A stretch of DNA of 63,599 bases, the filler included, from Sphacelaria rigidula (taxonomy: Eukaryota), in NCBI GenBank assembly GCA_964200075.2. It is 8 parts of 8 records of this genome, joined end to end, with 100 filler letters (N's around TTAATTAATTAA, not from the genome) between each part and the next. Parts side by side here need not be neighbours in the genome. Positions count along the whole stretch, not along the records: positions 23,890 to 31,752 come from CAXNAA020013186.1; positions 31,853 to 39,714 come from CAXNAA020013187.1; positions 39,815 to 47,676 come from CAXNAA020013188.1; 5 more parts are not named here. The stretch is one strand, 5' to 3'. Shown here piece by piece: positions 26,136-39,889 of the stretch; the first letter of the stretch is position 1; every line of letters begins with the position of its first letter. The notes below the pieces were generated by a model. That model made no database searches and was not told the DNA's origin. It saw only the letters and a program-made list of their open reading frames with translations. Made by a program: the position numbers and the translations under genes.

Positions 26136-27022
26136 ATTCACAGCCATAAACGTAGGTCTGAGACAGACTTGTATGGCAGCCAATCCCGAATCTGGCGGGA
26201 CCCGAATCTGTGCTGAATCGACGGGACCCAGATTCGTGAAGCTCAGATTAGTGTGTACCCCTGTATGGCTTCACAGATTTGTTGAAATTGTTCTGTACAC
26301 GAACGGCCATTTTCTGGGCGGGTGTGGTGTCACAGTGAAGCCGGAAAACAGGCCGGCAGGGAATTGTCCTTGAAGAGCAGAGTCTTAGCGTGGTACCCTA
26401 GGGTATGATGCAATGTAGTACACTGCACAATCACAGTACACGATAATGCCGTGTGGTAATACATGATGATACAGTCGGTATTGCGAGAACAGTGCACAGT
26501 GTGCGACAAGAGTTCACGAGTGCAGTGTCATTTATCACCCTGCAAGTACAGCAGCAGCAGAGGGTAGGATAGTACAACAGTACCGTTAGCTATGCTGATA
26601 CATACAGCAGAACAGTGCAGCATATAACATTGCCATCGCAGGGTACGGCGTCAACACTTCTTATTCACTAGTCAAACCCCGTGCGGAGCTGCTCCAGCAG
26701 CCGGCGCTCGCGGGTACGGTCTGTGCTGTCACGAGACTGTCTACTGCTGTTCTTGCAAAAATATCAAACACCTGTTGTCTTATCACCGTACGCCAACATA
26801 CGTACGTTACTTCCCACAGATTTGGGGGACCTCGATTCTCCACGGATCTATGCTCAGATTCGTGTGAAACCGTTCTCAAATCGTGACAAACGAATCTGAG
26901 CTTCCCCGATTTGGTCCAAATTGGAACCATAAGCCGTTCAGTATGGAAACCAATCCGCATTTGTACAAATATGAGGATTTCAGCCCGTGTCTATCCGTTT
27001 TTTTCCCGTGTATTGATTTTTC

Positions 27023-27515
27023 CAGGGGTCTACACGTTCACGTTCACTTTACACGTTCACGTTACGTTCATCACGTGAAACAATTTGATGTTCACTTAAG
27101 TAACGTATGTCACGGTAAATTAATTTTAATGTTACGTGAGCGTTTCATTTGAAAAATTAACGTTACGTTCATCACGTCAAAAACATTAACCCTTTAGGAA
27201 CTCATTGACGATTTTTGTTTTCGCGAATCGGCATCATTTTCAATCATTTTCAAGTCAAAATGATGCCGATACACGAAAATAAAAATCGTCAGTGGGTTCC
27301 AAAAGGGTTTAGGTTACGTTTCGTTACATGCAACGTAATAAGAAACGCTTCGATGTCACGTTCAAGGTCTAATATAACGTGACGTTGACCCGTGTAACAT
27401 TCGAATGTAACGTTCCATTCTGTGCATGTCGCGGCTCATTTACCAGTATCCAAGGTGTTGTAACGTGTCGTGTAACGCGCGATGTTACCGTGTACGTGAC
27501 GCTGACGGAGACCCG
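27023..27515. mobile_element. hAT-like MITE with ACGT subrepeats and an internal hairpin
   Basis: Starts CAGGGGTCTACACG and contains an imperfect ~55-bp inverted repeat at 27189-27310. Confidence 0.5.
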
Positions 27516-28153
27516 TCGGCTACTTCTCATGTAAAACAAAAACTCTTGAAAAAACGCGTTCTCTGATACATGATCAAAAACCTACTTCCTATGTGACAGA
27601 AAACGCGTTTTTTTATAGAACATTTCTGACAACATTTCTGATAGCCCAAATTGATCGGAAAATCAGGATTTTCTGATAGCTTTGGACTATCGAAGAATGT
27701 CATTGAAAACGCGTTTAAAATCCCGCCGCACGCCAACACACCCTCCAGCCCACAACAGCAGCCATGGTGGCTTGGCTGCAATCACCACTGCTGTCGCTGG
27801 TGCTCGCGGGCAGTCAGCGTGTTGCTTTACTGTCCTTCGCTTCGCCAGTATCATGGTGGCCCCCAACCCCATGAGAACAGTACAGGGCAGGGTCGATGAC
27901 GAGTGCTGTACAAACACTCTGTATGTAGTTTGTACAGACAGTTTCTAGCTCGCAGTTCAGCTGTGTGCATGCAGCGTGTTGCGAACAGCACTCGCAATGC
28001 AGTACAGACTGCCCACGCACCCAAGACTTGTAGAGACAGGACCGCACTCACTGTACACACAAGATCACAGTGTAAGCAGTGCTACTTCCGTAGTGTCGAC
28101 AGGGCTTGGGTGCTTGGGCAGTCGGTACTGTATTCGAGTGCTGTTTGCAACCA

Positions 28154-29435
28154 CCCGGCGTATTTACGCCAGCGCTGGCCAAATAACAGAACCTGCCAGC
28201 AGTCTAGAACCAGTCCCACATCGTATTTGTGCAGACTCGCCGGTCCTGCAAACACCATTTTAGAATCCGCCCGCGCACAACAGAGGCAACAACAGAGTCG
28301 GCACACCATTTTTGAACGCACCCCCCAAAACAGAGCAGACATATAGGACACGCCACAGCACGCACACCCACTACACAGCTCACATGCATACATACACTGA
28401 CGAACCACCACCAGCTAGCCGCAAAAGCAACAGCAGCAACGGTACTGTAGTACGGAGACCGCCGTGCAGCAGCGGCAGGAGTAATATAGAGTGGAGAACT
28501 CTGCTGTTGCTCATAGTGAGAGTGCTGGGCTGATGGAGACTTGGCACGCAGCCGAGCCAACGCGCACTCCCACTTTGTCACCAGACAGAGTGGCACAACA
28601 TTGCCACTCTGCAAAGACAGAGCCATTGCAGAGGCAAGAGATGATAACAGCAGAAATATAAGGCCCAGCGCTTCTGCTCGAAAAACCTACCCAAAACCAA
28701 ATTACCCTAATATTCACCTTGGAGGAAAATAGAATTACAAACCGCATAATTCATTATCTGCATACACATTGCATATGACCGGGTGTATTCGCCGTTGTCT
28801 CTCCGTCCTTCGCGTTCATTCTGTTCGTAGTCGGGGACAACGAGAGCAGTCTTGAACACCCTTTCGGTGGCGACATCAGCAAACCATCTGCTGTAGTCCT
28901 GATCGTAGAAGTTACTTCTGCTCACGGCACGACTTTCAGTGCAAATAAATGCCACCATCCCGCCGCACAGTACCACTGTCTGTATAGCATACAGTACTGT
29001 CTACTACTTACTGTCTGCGGTTGGGAGCAATGCCACGCGGTACTGTCTGTCGAAAATATATGTACTAAAAACTAGAAACAATTGATCGAAGGACACAACA
29101 ATTGATTCAAACACAAAAGAGTTCGTGGTGGTTCAGTTGCCTGCCAGGCGCGTGAAGCGTATGCGATAAGTTCAATGGCGGTCTCCGTACTACAGTACTG
29201 CTGCTACTGTTGCTTTTGCGGCTAGCAGGTGGTGGTTCGTTAGTGTATGCATGCTTGTGAGCTGTGTTGTGAGTGTGCGTGCTGTGGCGTGCCCATATGC
29301 CTGCTCTGTTTTGGGTAGGTGCGTTCTAAAATGGTGTTCGCAGGACCGGCGGGTTTGCACAGAGGCGATGTGGAACTGGTTCTAGATTGCTGGCAGGTTC
29401 TGTCATTTGGCCAGCGCTGCCGTAAATACGCCGGG
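28154..29435. mobile_element. Long-TIR non-autonomous DNA transposon (CCC...GGG ends, possible 2-bp TSD CA)
   Basis: 28154-28462 is the imperfect reverse complement of 29177-29435. Flanks read ca|CCCGGCG ... CGCCGGG|ca. Confidence 0.75.
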
Positions 29436-30892
29436 CACTCGAGTCATTGCTCGTTGTGGAACAAAACAAATGGGGCGAGCACTCGAGAGTTATTACTCGT
29501 TGTGGAACAAAACACGGTTAGGACGAATCATCACGACTAAGAATCACCAAATTCACGATTTCCTCGGCCTGATTGCCCAAAAGGGAGAAAACAGTCGATC
29601 GCTGGTCCGAGGGGTATTCACGCAACTTTTGCGCCATTCCACGTGTCTGGGTTGCAACGCTAAAATAAAGGCTAGGGATTGATTCGTCGCGAGTCGAATC
29701 ATTATTCTAAAATCAAGTACTTTCCAGACGAATCATTATTTGTACGACCCTTGAAAAGAACTATTAGGGCGAGCACTCGAGTCATTGCTAGTTGTGAAAA
29801 AAAATAATGACTCGAGCACACAAGTCATTGCTCGAATGATTCGAGCACAGGAGTAGTCGTTGCTCGTCGTGAAAAAAGTAATGACTCGAGCACACAAGTC
29901 ATGCTCGTTGTGATTTCAAAAAACATCCACGAGTACACTCGTCTCGACGAGTAATGACTCGTCCGACGTGTGGAAGGTTTCCAGGTTACCAACTGAGTGA
30001 CCACGGAAGGCGTCCGCATAAGATGCCCAGTACCAATGTACCGCGCAGATATCGGAACGGCTTTTAATGTGAAGACAACAACAACAACAACAACTGAGGC
30101 ATTGGGGCGAGGCAGTGAACGAACGAAGGGTTGGTCCGAGATACGTACTGCACGAGACCTAGACTCACGTTGAATGCCTGAGCAGTGGTAGCAGCACAAG
30201 GAGAACCCTCAAGAAGACAGTACGCGGATAGCACTTTGTCCTCAGCGGTCGAAGAGATGTTAGCTTTTGCTCAATCGCTGCGAGATGAGGTCCAAATTGA
30301 AAACGCTGTGGGAACCCGAAACTACCTGTTGAAAAACGGCCGGCGCACAACTGTACAGGTGCCCGTACGGGTAAGGTTCGAGAACCTGGCTGAAAAAGTA
30401 GAACCAGTTCCATACAAGTTACCATATGTATGTGCAGACCCGCCGGTCGAATCCCTACTATATTCCTATATTTGAACCGACAGGCCCGCTCCCCCATACA
30501 CGGAGACGAGCCACCACCAGCTGGCGGCGAAAACAGCTACAGCAGCAGTAATAAGAAGATCGTCGTCGATTCTCGAGGGCTTCATCGGTGGAGACGCCGA
30601 ATCTGACGCGCCTTTCTCGATATTTATTGGAAGATGAGTCGACAATTTCGGGATACTACCACTGTGGGTCACAGCTATCCGAACCCAACATGACTCGTGG
30701 TTCTATGTAGAACCAGACCTACAGGTCTTGTCCATAGGAAACTTCTCGCCACGAGGAAGGTTCCTCGGGTGTCGGCTATATTGCCCTAGGAGACTTGCGA
30801 ACTGTCCATGTGTGCCTTGGGAGCCACGGAGCAAAGTGTACACTCCAAGCTCTAAGCCAACGCGCACGATACCATCGAGCTCACATTCTTTG

Positions 30893-31010
30893 AGATTGAC
30901 TGTACACCACACCACAAGCATGTTCTGTGAGCTTGACTGTACACCACACACCACAAGCATGTTCTGTGAGCTTGACTGTACACCACACACCAGAAGCATG
31001 TTCTGTGAGA
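30893..31010. repeat. ~39-bp tandem repeat, 3 copies
   Basis: Unit ttgactgtacaccacacaccacaagcatgttctgtgagc. Confidence 0.85.
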
Positions 31011-31852
31011 ACGCGACTAGCTTGTGGCTTGTCCTTTGCCCGAGACACGGTGCGAGCCTATACAGCTCGCCCCCCGTCTGTCACTTCACTTCACATCCCA
31101 GTCTACTTCTGGGATCTCCACTGTCAGCTCTCCTGAGCATTGTCCTGTCCTCAACGTACCGTCATAGCTTGATCGACAGGGCGCTCTACTGTCTCAGAGA
31201 GGCCAGGGATCGTAACCCTCTGGCGTCACTCTACTGATGTGTACTGAACCGTGTTACTACAGGAAAAAAAAATGTAAGGCAGGTAAAATATTAACCCGGA
31301 AATCGAACCTACAATACGATGTCAACTTATGGAAGGTAGAAGTAAGTCGAGGTGACGTCGTCGGTCATGGCGAATGCTGGGGGAAGGTTCGGGCACATCG
31401 ACCGACGGAGCTCTACCAGTCATTAGAATCTCGAACGCTGCTGGGGTTAATGTGGCTTCGCTTCCTGCTTGGTTGTTTCGGTGCATGCAAAACCTCATGA
31501 AGAGTCGAAATGTCATCACAGGATGGCACATTCAACGAGGGGACCTTAGGATTTGTACGTAAACAATGGTTGGTACTATGGAGATGCCGCCAACCCTAAC
31601 GCTAACCCTAACCCTAACCCCGACCAAGGCATACCGAGAACCCTCGGGCAAAGGGGTGCAGAGTGTTCCCTAGGCAAGGTGTGCGTTGCCAGAGCTCAAA
31701 TCGACGCCTTTCAGCCGATTTTGGACCAAAACACGTTCTGGACGAGCTGGGTNNNNNNNNNNNNNNNNNNNNNNNNNNNNNNNNNNNNNNNNNNNNTTAA
31801 TTAATTAANNNNNNNNNNNNNNNNNNNNNNNNNNNNNNNNNNNNNNNNNNNN

Positions 31853-34800
31853 TTCAGCAGCTTTACTTATTCATGTATTAACCCTCAGCATAGTACAGGA
31901 GAACAGGATCATAGCCTCTCTCCACCAGAGTAGCAAAACCAAGCCTGCACGTCACCTATCACAGAGTCCGGAAATCAGACCCGCAACTCCACCAACACAA
32001 TATTCCTAACCTTTGGTAACAAGGGTGGCTAGAGTCTACAGCACCCCCAAAGCTCTCTACTTCCAACAAGTAATTACATCAAAGCTTGACAAACTCAGAC
32101 ATCATTGGTGCCCGATAGTACTGTCGTTCCCCTCAAAGATTAGCAATCTCTTCCGCTGCTTTCGACAACAGCTTCATACAAGCTTGTCCCACTTCCGAAC
32201 AACTTGAAAGATATTCCAAGGGAATATCGTCCATCATGAACATGCAATCACGCAACTTGCACCACTTCGAGTTACAAAGCGATAGGTAGCGCCAAATTCT
32301 CAAATCTTCGCCCAAAACAAGTTTCTTCACTCTTTTCATCGTCACGAAACCGGAAATGTCAGCGAACGTCAAATCCCAGAGCGTTTGTGACTCATCGTCC
32401 CTCTCATCCGAGACAAGGTACTCCTCAACATACAAAATGCACTTTTTGTACGTTCAACACCTGCGCGACGGAGTGCAACAGCCAAATGATACATCATCCT
32501 CACGCTAGAAGGAAATAAGCACCCAACACGTCTGAAACTCACCTGGCCTCTTGCGTCTGCAACACTGTAAAAAACGTATGCATCGCATGCCTCCCCGCCG
32601 TCAAAGCTTCAATACTTCAACTTGCCATCGTTTCATTAAGACAACTAAAGGAAGGCCATGACTCAAACCACTATTCAAGTCATGCATACTAATCCAACGA
32701 CGGCGAACGGACCTGCACCGCCGCCATCATTGATCATCTCTCGTGATCTCGCTTTCGAACTCTTGTATTGGAGCAAATCCCAGATATTTCTATATCTCGT
32801 TTGGATCTTGGACCGTCATATCCCATCCGTGCATCAGCCAAAATGTAGAAATATTGAATTCCTCGACACTCTTGGAGTTCACCCGGACCAGTTCCTCGAA
32901 CAAACGGACGCATCATCCACATGCTCCTTCTGACATGAACGAAAAACCAACCACGTGCTCGTTCAAACACGTGACAATCCATATAAAAACGTGCCAGTGT
33001 CAAAGATCATTGATGCATGCGCGAATAATGTCTTTATTTGCAACCACCGGGATCACTCGCGTCATACCTGCACACATACGACGAGCCTACGCATTTAGTA
33101 TCTTTCAGCTCATTTTCACGCTAACGGCAGGTGTCACCGTCTCCTACAGTCAATATGAGCCTACGCATTTCGTATCTGTCAGCTCATTTTCACGCTAACA
33201 GCAGCAATCCATCTATCCTGCAGTCAGTACGTGCAAACCGCACAGATATGATTCGACTGTGTTCCTGCGCGAGTAAGATCATACGAGGTTCACTTCATTT
33301 CGTAGCATACAGCAGTATATTGAAAACTGCCCCACCCTAGGTCGTCACTAGATACCATTGAAATCAGTACCATTCAAGCAAAAATTCCCACATGCCTGCC
33401 AAAATTCCACCCAGCACATGAAAATCCGCGCATGCATGCCAGCATTTCACTCAGCCCATACAATGCCACCTTCCTCGCAGCAAACACCATGCATCGTCCG
33501 TGCCAACCACATCAGCACAACACACACATGCCAAATATCCACGTGTACGCGACACGATCATACTCGCTCAACAACCATGTTTCATGCGCGAACATGACCA
33601 CAAACCACACAATGACAAGCTGCAATCATTCTCAAAAGGATTCGCGGATACCAGTCATAATGTGTTTCCTCATTCTCAACAAGGACTCAATTACCACAGC
33701 ACTTGCTCTTCAACATCGGTACCCAATTCGGCGCTCACCAGAACAGCAAACACCTCAGGTAATGCCTTCTTTGTAGTCCTCCAGCCCGCTTCTGAGAGAC
33801 AACAGCACTCGAACCACAACCCCGTGCACAGAGAGCAGCGTTTCCCCTTGGACACTCCCTCCTTGCACCTTCAGTCTTGCTACACCTGGCACCCCCATGG
33901 TGTAGCTCAACACGCCGCTCAAAGGTATATTCGCACCGCTAAACCAATGCGACAGATCCTCCACCCCCATAGATGCTTGCGCACTCATGAACGCTCGTTC
34001 TTCGGTCGCTTTAACAATGGAAACGAGAGGCGAAACGCGAACATCCATACAGCCCCGCACAGCAACACCTCCCGATGGCATCACGCCATCCTCCTCCAGC
34101 ACCTGACCGTACAGCGGCAAAGACACCGCAATCAACGCCGCCAAACACGCCAAACCTGTCTATGCATACAGCAGTGCACACGACCACCCCAAGACTACGC
34201 GACGCTCGTCGTCGCCGTCAGAATTGTGATCGCTAACAGCATCACGAGCTTGCAGCTCGCTCTGCGTACCCGCTTCACGCGGGTCACACGCCCCTGTTGT
34301 TTCGATCATGCAAGGCGTGTCCATAGCTACGCGCTGGTCCGGCGGCAATTCCGCCAACCCGGCATCCACCTGTCCTTCAAGCAGACACCCCTGCGAATCA
34401 TCTGATCGATCTCCCGCCATGTCACTGGCGCAGATAGATTCACCCTGAGCATCGCAAGTCCCAAGCTTGCTCTGCTCACTCTCATCACGAATATAACACC
34501 CCCTTGCAGCTTCGAGCATGCAAGGTGTATCCCCAATCACGCTCTGGTCCGGCGGCCACAAGCAAACTGGACCTTTGCCGCTCAGCGCTAGGTCATCGGA
34601 ACAAATGGGCTTCGCGCTTCCAACAGCGGCGGCAGCTGCGGCTGGGTCGAAAATTTCCGCTTCAGCCACCACCTCCTGCTCAGCGCACTCCTGAACGGCA
34701 ACAGCGGCAGCTGAGCTGCCTGCAGCCCGCTCGGGCTGCGTGGCATGTTCGCTCTCTCCAACAGCAATACCAGCGGCATGCAAACCAATGCTTACCGTGG

Positions 34801-36780
34801 TACTGTCAGCGGGCGCGCTATCATGCCTACCCGTTTTGACAGACACGTGCTGAGTCTCCTTCCCGCTCTGCAGGGTGGAAACAGCTGCCCTGTATCGTTG
34901 TTTCAGACGCGGAACACCTACTGCACGTTCATCGGGTGCACTATCGTGCCTGTTCTTTCAGGCAGACACATGCTTCTCGGCTTTCACAGTGCAAGCATCT
35001 GCCGTGTATCGTTGTTTCAATTGCGCAGAACCTACTACACGTTCAGCGGGTGCAATATTTTGCCTGTCCCCTCGGGCAGACACATATTTCTCGGCTGTCA
35101 CAGTGCAAACAGCTACCCTGTATCGTTGTTTCAGACGCGGACCACCTAATGCACGTTCATCGGGTGCATTGTCGTGCCTGTTTTTTCAGGCAGACACATG
35201 CTTCTCGGCTGTCGCAGTGCAAGCATCTGCCGTGTATCGTTGTTTCAAACGCGCAGAACCTACTGCACGTTCAGCGGGTGCACTGTCGTGCCTGTCCCCT
35301 CTGACAGACACATGCTTCTCGGCTGTCACTAGGCAAGCAGCCACACCGGACGGCACATGCTTGCGCAACGCGAAAAGCAACTGCTCGTCCTCAGCATCAT
35401 TATCATGCTTCAAGAACGTGTCACACAGACATTTCGCAATATGTTTCGGCATGAGCTCAGAAACTGCGGCCACCTCAAAGAGATTTGTCCACCGCGCGTT
35501 CACCTGATCTACATCTCGCACATATTGCTCGTATTTTCGTAAAAACTCGGCCGATTTCTCGCTCGAAAACTTGCGACCGTAGTACGGCATCTCCAGCGCC
35601 AGTACAAGAACAACACGACCATCGACGATGACATATCCTTGCGACTCATCCATTTCGGTCAGCAGTACAGTATCCTACACCGCCTTGTTTGAAAATGAAG
35701 TCGCCTCCCACTCACAGGAACAACAACTCTCTCCTTACACCGAGACGCGCTGTATCACCTTACAACGACAATGGCCACAGCGCCTCTTCCTCACGCAGGT
35801 CTCACCACGTGTTTGAAGTCCTTAGACTCGTCTTCCTGGCCGTACCTGGCCAAGCGTGGAACACGCAAACCTCGCTGGCTCCACCAGGTCGTATGGTAAT
35901 TGCGCCGCTTTTTCTGGAACGCGCACGGACTCGTCAGCTGTCGATGAGCCCCCTGCACCTCACGCACGAGCGATACCACAGCCCGCCTTAGCACTACCTC
36001 AGAACCTCCTCGGCTCTACTCCTCCGACTCCTCGCGACGTTCACACGCCTTGAGCTGGTCTTGTTTGCTGCAAACTGATCAGGCCTGCAGACTTCCCTAT
36101 CGTGAAGTGTCAACTGCTTTTCAGCGGACCTACCGCCTTTCGGCGGACTTAATGAACGTTCATTATAGACTTCTGTCACTCAAGATCAGATTGCCATGTG
36201 AACTTCTTTCATCACGGGCACATGGACTTCAGCAGCTTTAATTCTTCATGTATTAAGCCTCAGCATGGTACAGGAGAACAGGACCGTAGTCTCTCTCCAC
36301 CAGAGTAGCAAAACCGGCTCTACTCGTCGTGGAGATCACCCATCACAAAGTCCGGCAATCAGACCCGCCACTCCATCAACACAATGTCCGGGACCTTATG
36401 TAAGAATGGTGGCTAGGTCTACCAAATTGATCAGGCCTGCAGACTTTCCCATCTTGAAGTGTCAGCTGCTTTTCAGCGGACCTACCGCCTCGGCGGACTT
36501 AATGAACGTTCATTATAGACTTCTGTAACTCAACATCAGATCGCCATGTATGATACTCCTCCCATCACGGGCACATGGACTTCAGCAGCTTTAGTTCTTC
36601 ATGTATTAAGCCTCAGCGTTGTACAGGAGAACAGAACCATAGCCTCTCTCCACCACAGTAGCAAAACCAAGTCTCACGTCATGGAGGTCACCCATCACAG
36701 AGTCCGGCGATCAGATCCGCAACTCCGTCTACCTAATGCCCCCAACCTTAGGTAACAACGGTGGCTAGAGTCTACGAGTC
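31853..36780 (-). mobile_element. Heavily degenerate retroelement-like unit bounded by direct repeats
   Basis: The block ttcagcagcttta...catgtattaa.cctcagc...gtagcaaaacc occurs at 31853, 36228 and 36581. A gag-like minus-strand ORF starts at 35653 (LEMPYYGRKFSSEKSAEFLRKYEQY), followed by interrupted frames. No catalytic motif was recognised with confidence. Confidence 0.5.
34790..35330 (-). repeat. 117-bp (39-codon) tandem repeat in alternating A/B variants
   Basis: Repeated RHDSAPAER...LKQRY...TAEKHVS units, with one more copy at ~36850-37030. Confidence 0.85.
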
Positions 36781-37039
36781 CGCTCGAGCTGCATGGCATA
36801 TTCCCCCTCTCCAACAGCAATACCAGCAGCATCCAAACCAGTGCATACTGCGGTACTGTCGGCGGGCGCGCTCTCATGCCTCCTCGCTTTGACAGACTAC
36901 TGCTGTCTTCTTCCCGCTCTGCACAGTGGAAACAGCTGCCCTGTATCGTTGTTTCAGATGCGCACTACCGATTGCACTTTCGGCGGATGCACTGTCGTGC
37001 CTGTCCCCTCGGGCAGATACATGTCCCCTCGGGCTAACA

Positions 37040-38300
37040 CGTCTGCACGCCAAGTTCACCCGAGAGTTGCTGGAAAATGTATTGGGGTGGGCGTACAATT
37101 GGCTGCGTGGAAAAGGTGGCTACTTTATGAAGGGTGGAGACAACCCCGCTGAACGCCTCCCGCCTGGGTTGCGCTTCGCAGAGGTTGCTGATTTTTCTGT
37201 CGATTTTAAGCGGAGGCGAGAGGAGCTGCGCCAGCATCCGGATAAATATTTCCCTGATTCGCTGGACTTCGCGCGGATACACTTAAAAACGGCAGAGGTG
37301 AATATTCGTGTCATGGGTTGCAAACGGTAGCTCGTTTGTGTATCAGTGCTCCCACATAGTTCCAGGTGTCGCGTGGTGCCAGCCGTTTGAATCTGTATCG
37401 CATTCTCGCCTCTAAGTAATATTTGTACTTTCGACGGTTGAAGTTTCGATTTACTCTTTCATGCAGTATGGTCGTAAAAACCAACGCAGGTCCGTCATTG
37501 TTTGGGTCACGAATGCTCGATCGCACTATCACCGCTCTCGATGTCTTCCGCAGATACGGACGGAGGCTTCTTCACGGAGATGGACGAGAAATGGGACACG
37601 TGGGGTGACCGCAATCAGCATTTACCACAAAGCATGGCTCGGGTTGGGTGTAGTTCATACTACTACGGGAAATGGGTAGGGGCAGATATAGCTACTGAGG
37701 CAGCTGTCACACTGGAATTCACGCGGGCTTTAGTGGCGGTGTTGTTGCCAGAGGATAACGTCGGCGATCCCGAACTGACCTTGAGGACACTTTTCGTGAT
37801 ACCCTCCGAGATGACCTGAGTAGTACAGATACACAATAAGCAAGAGATAGGCTGACGATGGGATTCTATTCACTAATTGCGCCGCTTCCATAATCATCCT
37901 ACTTTCCGTCAGCAAGCGGAAGATTACGCTGAATCCGCCTTTGAAGTGTGGCGGACGTTTGTCGCGGAACGGTCGACGATGACGACGATAACCCCTCACC
38001 GAGGGAATCCAGTTCTCCGCAGATCTGGTCTTTTCCGTTGGTGTAAGAGTGGGCTTGCGAGCTTATATAAATCACGATTCCAGATAACTTGATATCGTGC
38101 GCACGGGGCAATTTCGCTGTGCAGAGTCCAGGTTTATCATGACATTGTCTGCGGATAGTGGTGACATAAGTAAGGCTGCCAAGAGGGCAATTGCCCGAGC
38201 TAGGGAATCACGACATAGTTCGATCGCCACTCTCCCTTTCCAAAACAAGATACGGAAGCGTGGGCACGATCTTCGCCGGTATTTGATCGGTATAAATGCC
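37040..38300 (+). pseudogene. Interrupted coding remnant of unknown, possibly transposon, origin
   Basis: Successive protein-like frames (FTRELLENVLGWAYNWLRG..., FFTEMDEKWDTWG..., FHNHPTFRQQAEDYAE...) are broken by stops and frameshifts. Confidence 0.35.
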
Positions 38301-39889
38301 GAGTAGTCTAGCGAGTGGCAGATACGTGGATTGGATGATGAATGTTCGCCAGATGGGTCGGAGTACGAATCCGCAGACGATAGTGGTGGCAAGAGGAGTT
38401 CCGCTGAGTGTTCGTTGGAAGGGTCGGATGACGAATCTTCAGGCAATAGCGATAGCCAAACAGATTGTTCAGAGGGTAGCGAGTCAGATTCCTCAGACGA
38501 GACATCATCCCAAAGCGACGTCGACGGATGAGGTCCAAGTCGTGATCTTTTCGGTTAGGGTTATCACGATACAAACGTTTGTGTTGATGATGTTTGAAGG
38601 CGTGTATTTTTTTGCGGATGAAATAGCCTGGCATTGTGAAGATGCATTTATTTGTTGTGCCGTGAGCATGATTTTTTATGTAATAAAGATGATACTCGAT
38701 CAGACACCGAACATGTCTATTCTCCGACAGGAAATGGAAACAAACCGTCTTCACACACGCAACCGACCAATGCCGGGGACAATACACTCGTGCCTCAGGA
38801 GGGGCGGAGCCAAAAACATACATAGAAGGCGTCCCAGTGGCATGTGGCTTCAGGAAAAGTGGGTCGACCACTTCATCCTGATTTTATGCCATATTAGTGA
38901 CGTGCGAGACTGCAGGCTTGTCCTGCGTTCGAACCCCAACTCTCGCGCATTTCTTCATTTCGCCTAGAAGCGGGTTTTTATGTCATGGACGTTACTGAAG
39001 TGAATATTCGAAATTGTTGCTGACGGAGTAATGCACCTTCTCAGACGGTATGTTGCACCGTGGTGGTATGGTATCACAGAAATGGATACAACGTGTAACA
39101 ATAACGGCCGTGTGCCTAGCACTGGTGGAGGAAGTACACACATAAGTGGTGCTGGTGTGGCACGTGGAATGAGCCATGACGGGCGGATCGCATCTTCGAG
39201 TGTTTCATGCACGGTCGGTCCTATGTGTGTGCCTGGTGGCCGCGGTTCGCGAACTATGCATGGGGTGGACTGCGCGCATATTTTGTTATCGCCTGTACAC
39301 GAGTTTTGATGTCACGAACTTTATAGAAGCTGACGTTGGAAATGTTGTGTGAGAATGAACACACATACACAAATCTGTCTTCCACGAGGTCAGTTGCACA
39401 AGACAGCTACCTTCGATGAAGACTGACCGCGCAGCGCACGCCTGGAGTATAACGGAATGTCGTGCTTGATTAAAACAGAGAAGGAATATACCCCAGAGGA
39501 TGGAGATGAGTGCCGCCGCTGTGGGCGCCGTGTGGCAGATGCCTCATACTTTACACATAACAGAAGGATGTTTGATCGGGCTTGATGCCCAACAGCACAT
39601 CACACGTGAACATTTTTTTTACATGATGGTTACCCAATAACAGGAAACAGTGTTTTCGTGAGATTGAGAGTAGATGATACGATTGATAGCGGCTTTGATC
39701 ATTCGCTTTATGTGNNNNNNNNNNNNNNNNNNNNNNNNNNNNNNNNNNNNNNNNNNNNTTAATTAATTAANNNNNNNNNNNNNNNNNNNNNNNNNNNNNN
39801 NNNNNNNNNNNNNNTCCTCCGGGTTCTCATCCTCAATGAAAAGCACCATCCTCAACATAGATGATCGGCTGTTAATAGGAGGAAACCAA

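Noticed and set aside
30706-31261. Solo LTR (TGTAG...CTACA)
   Set aside because: The terminal match is short and there is no TSD, PBS or PPT.
31590-31622. Telomere
   Set aside because: Only ~5 imperfect CCCTAA units inside a dispersed repeat, with similar motifs at ~44725 and ~45760.
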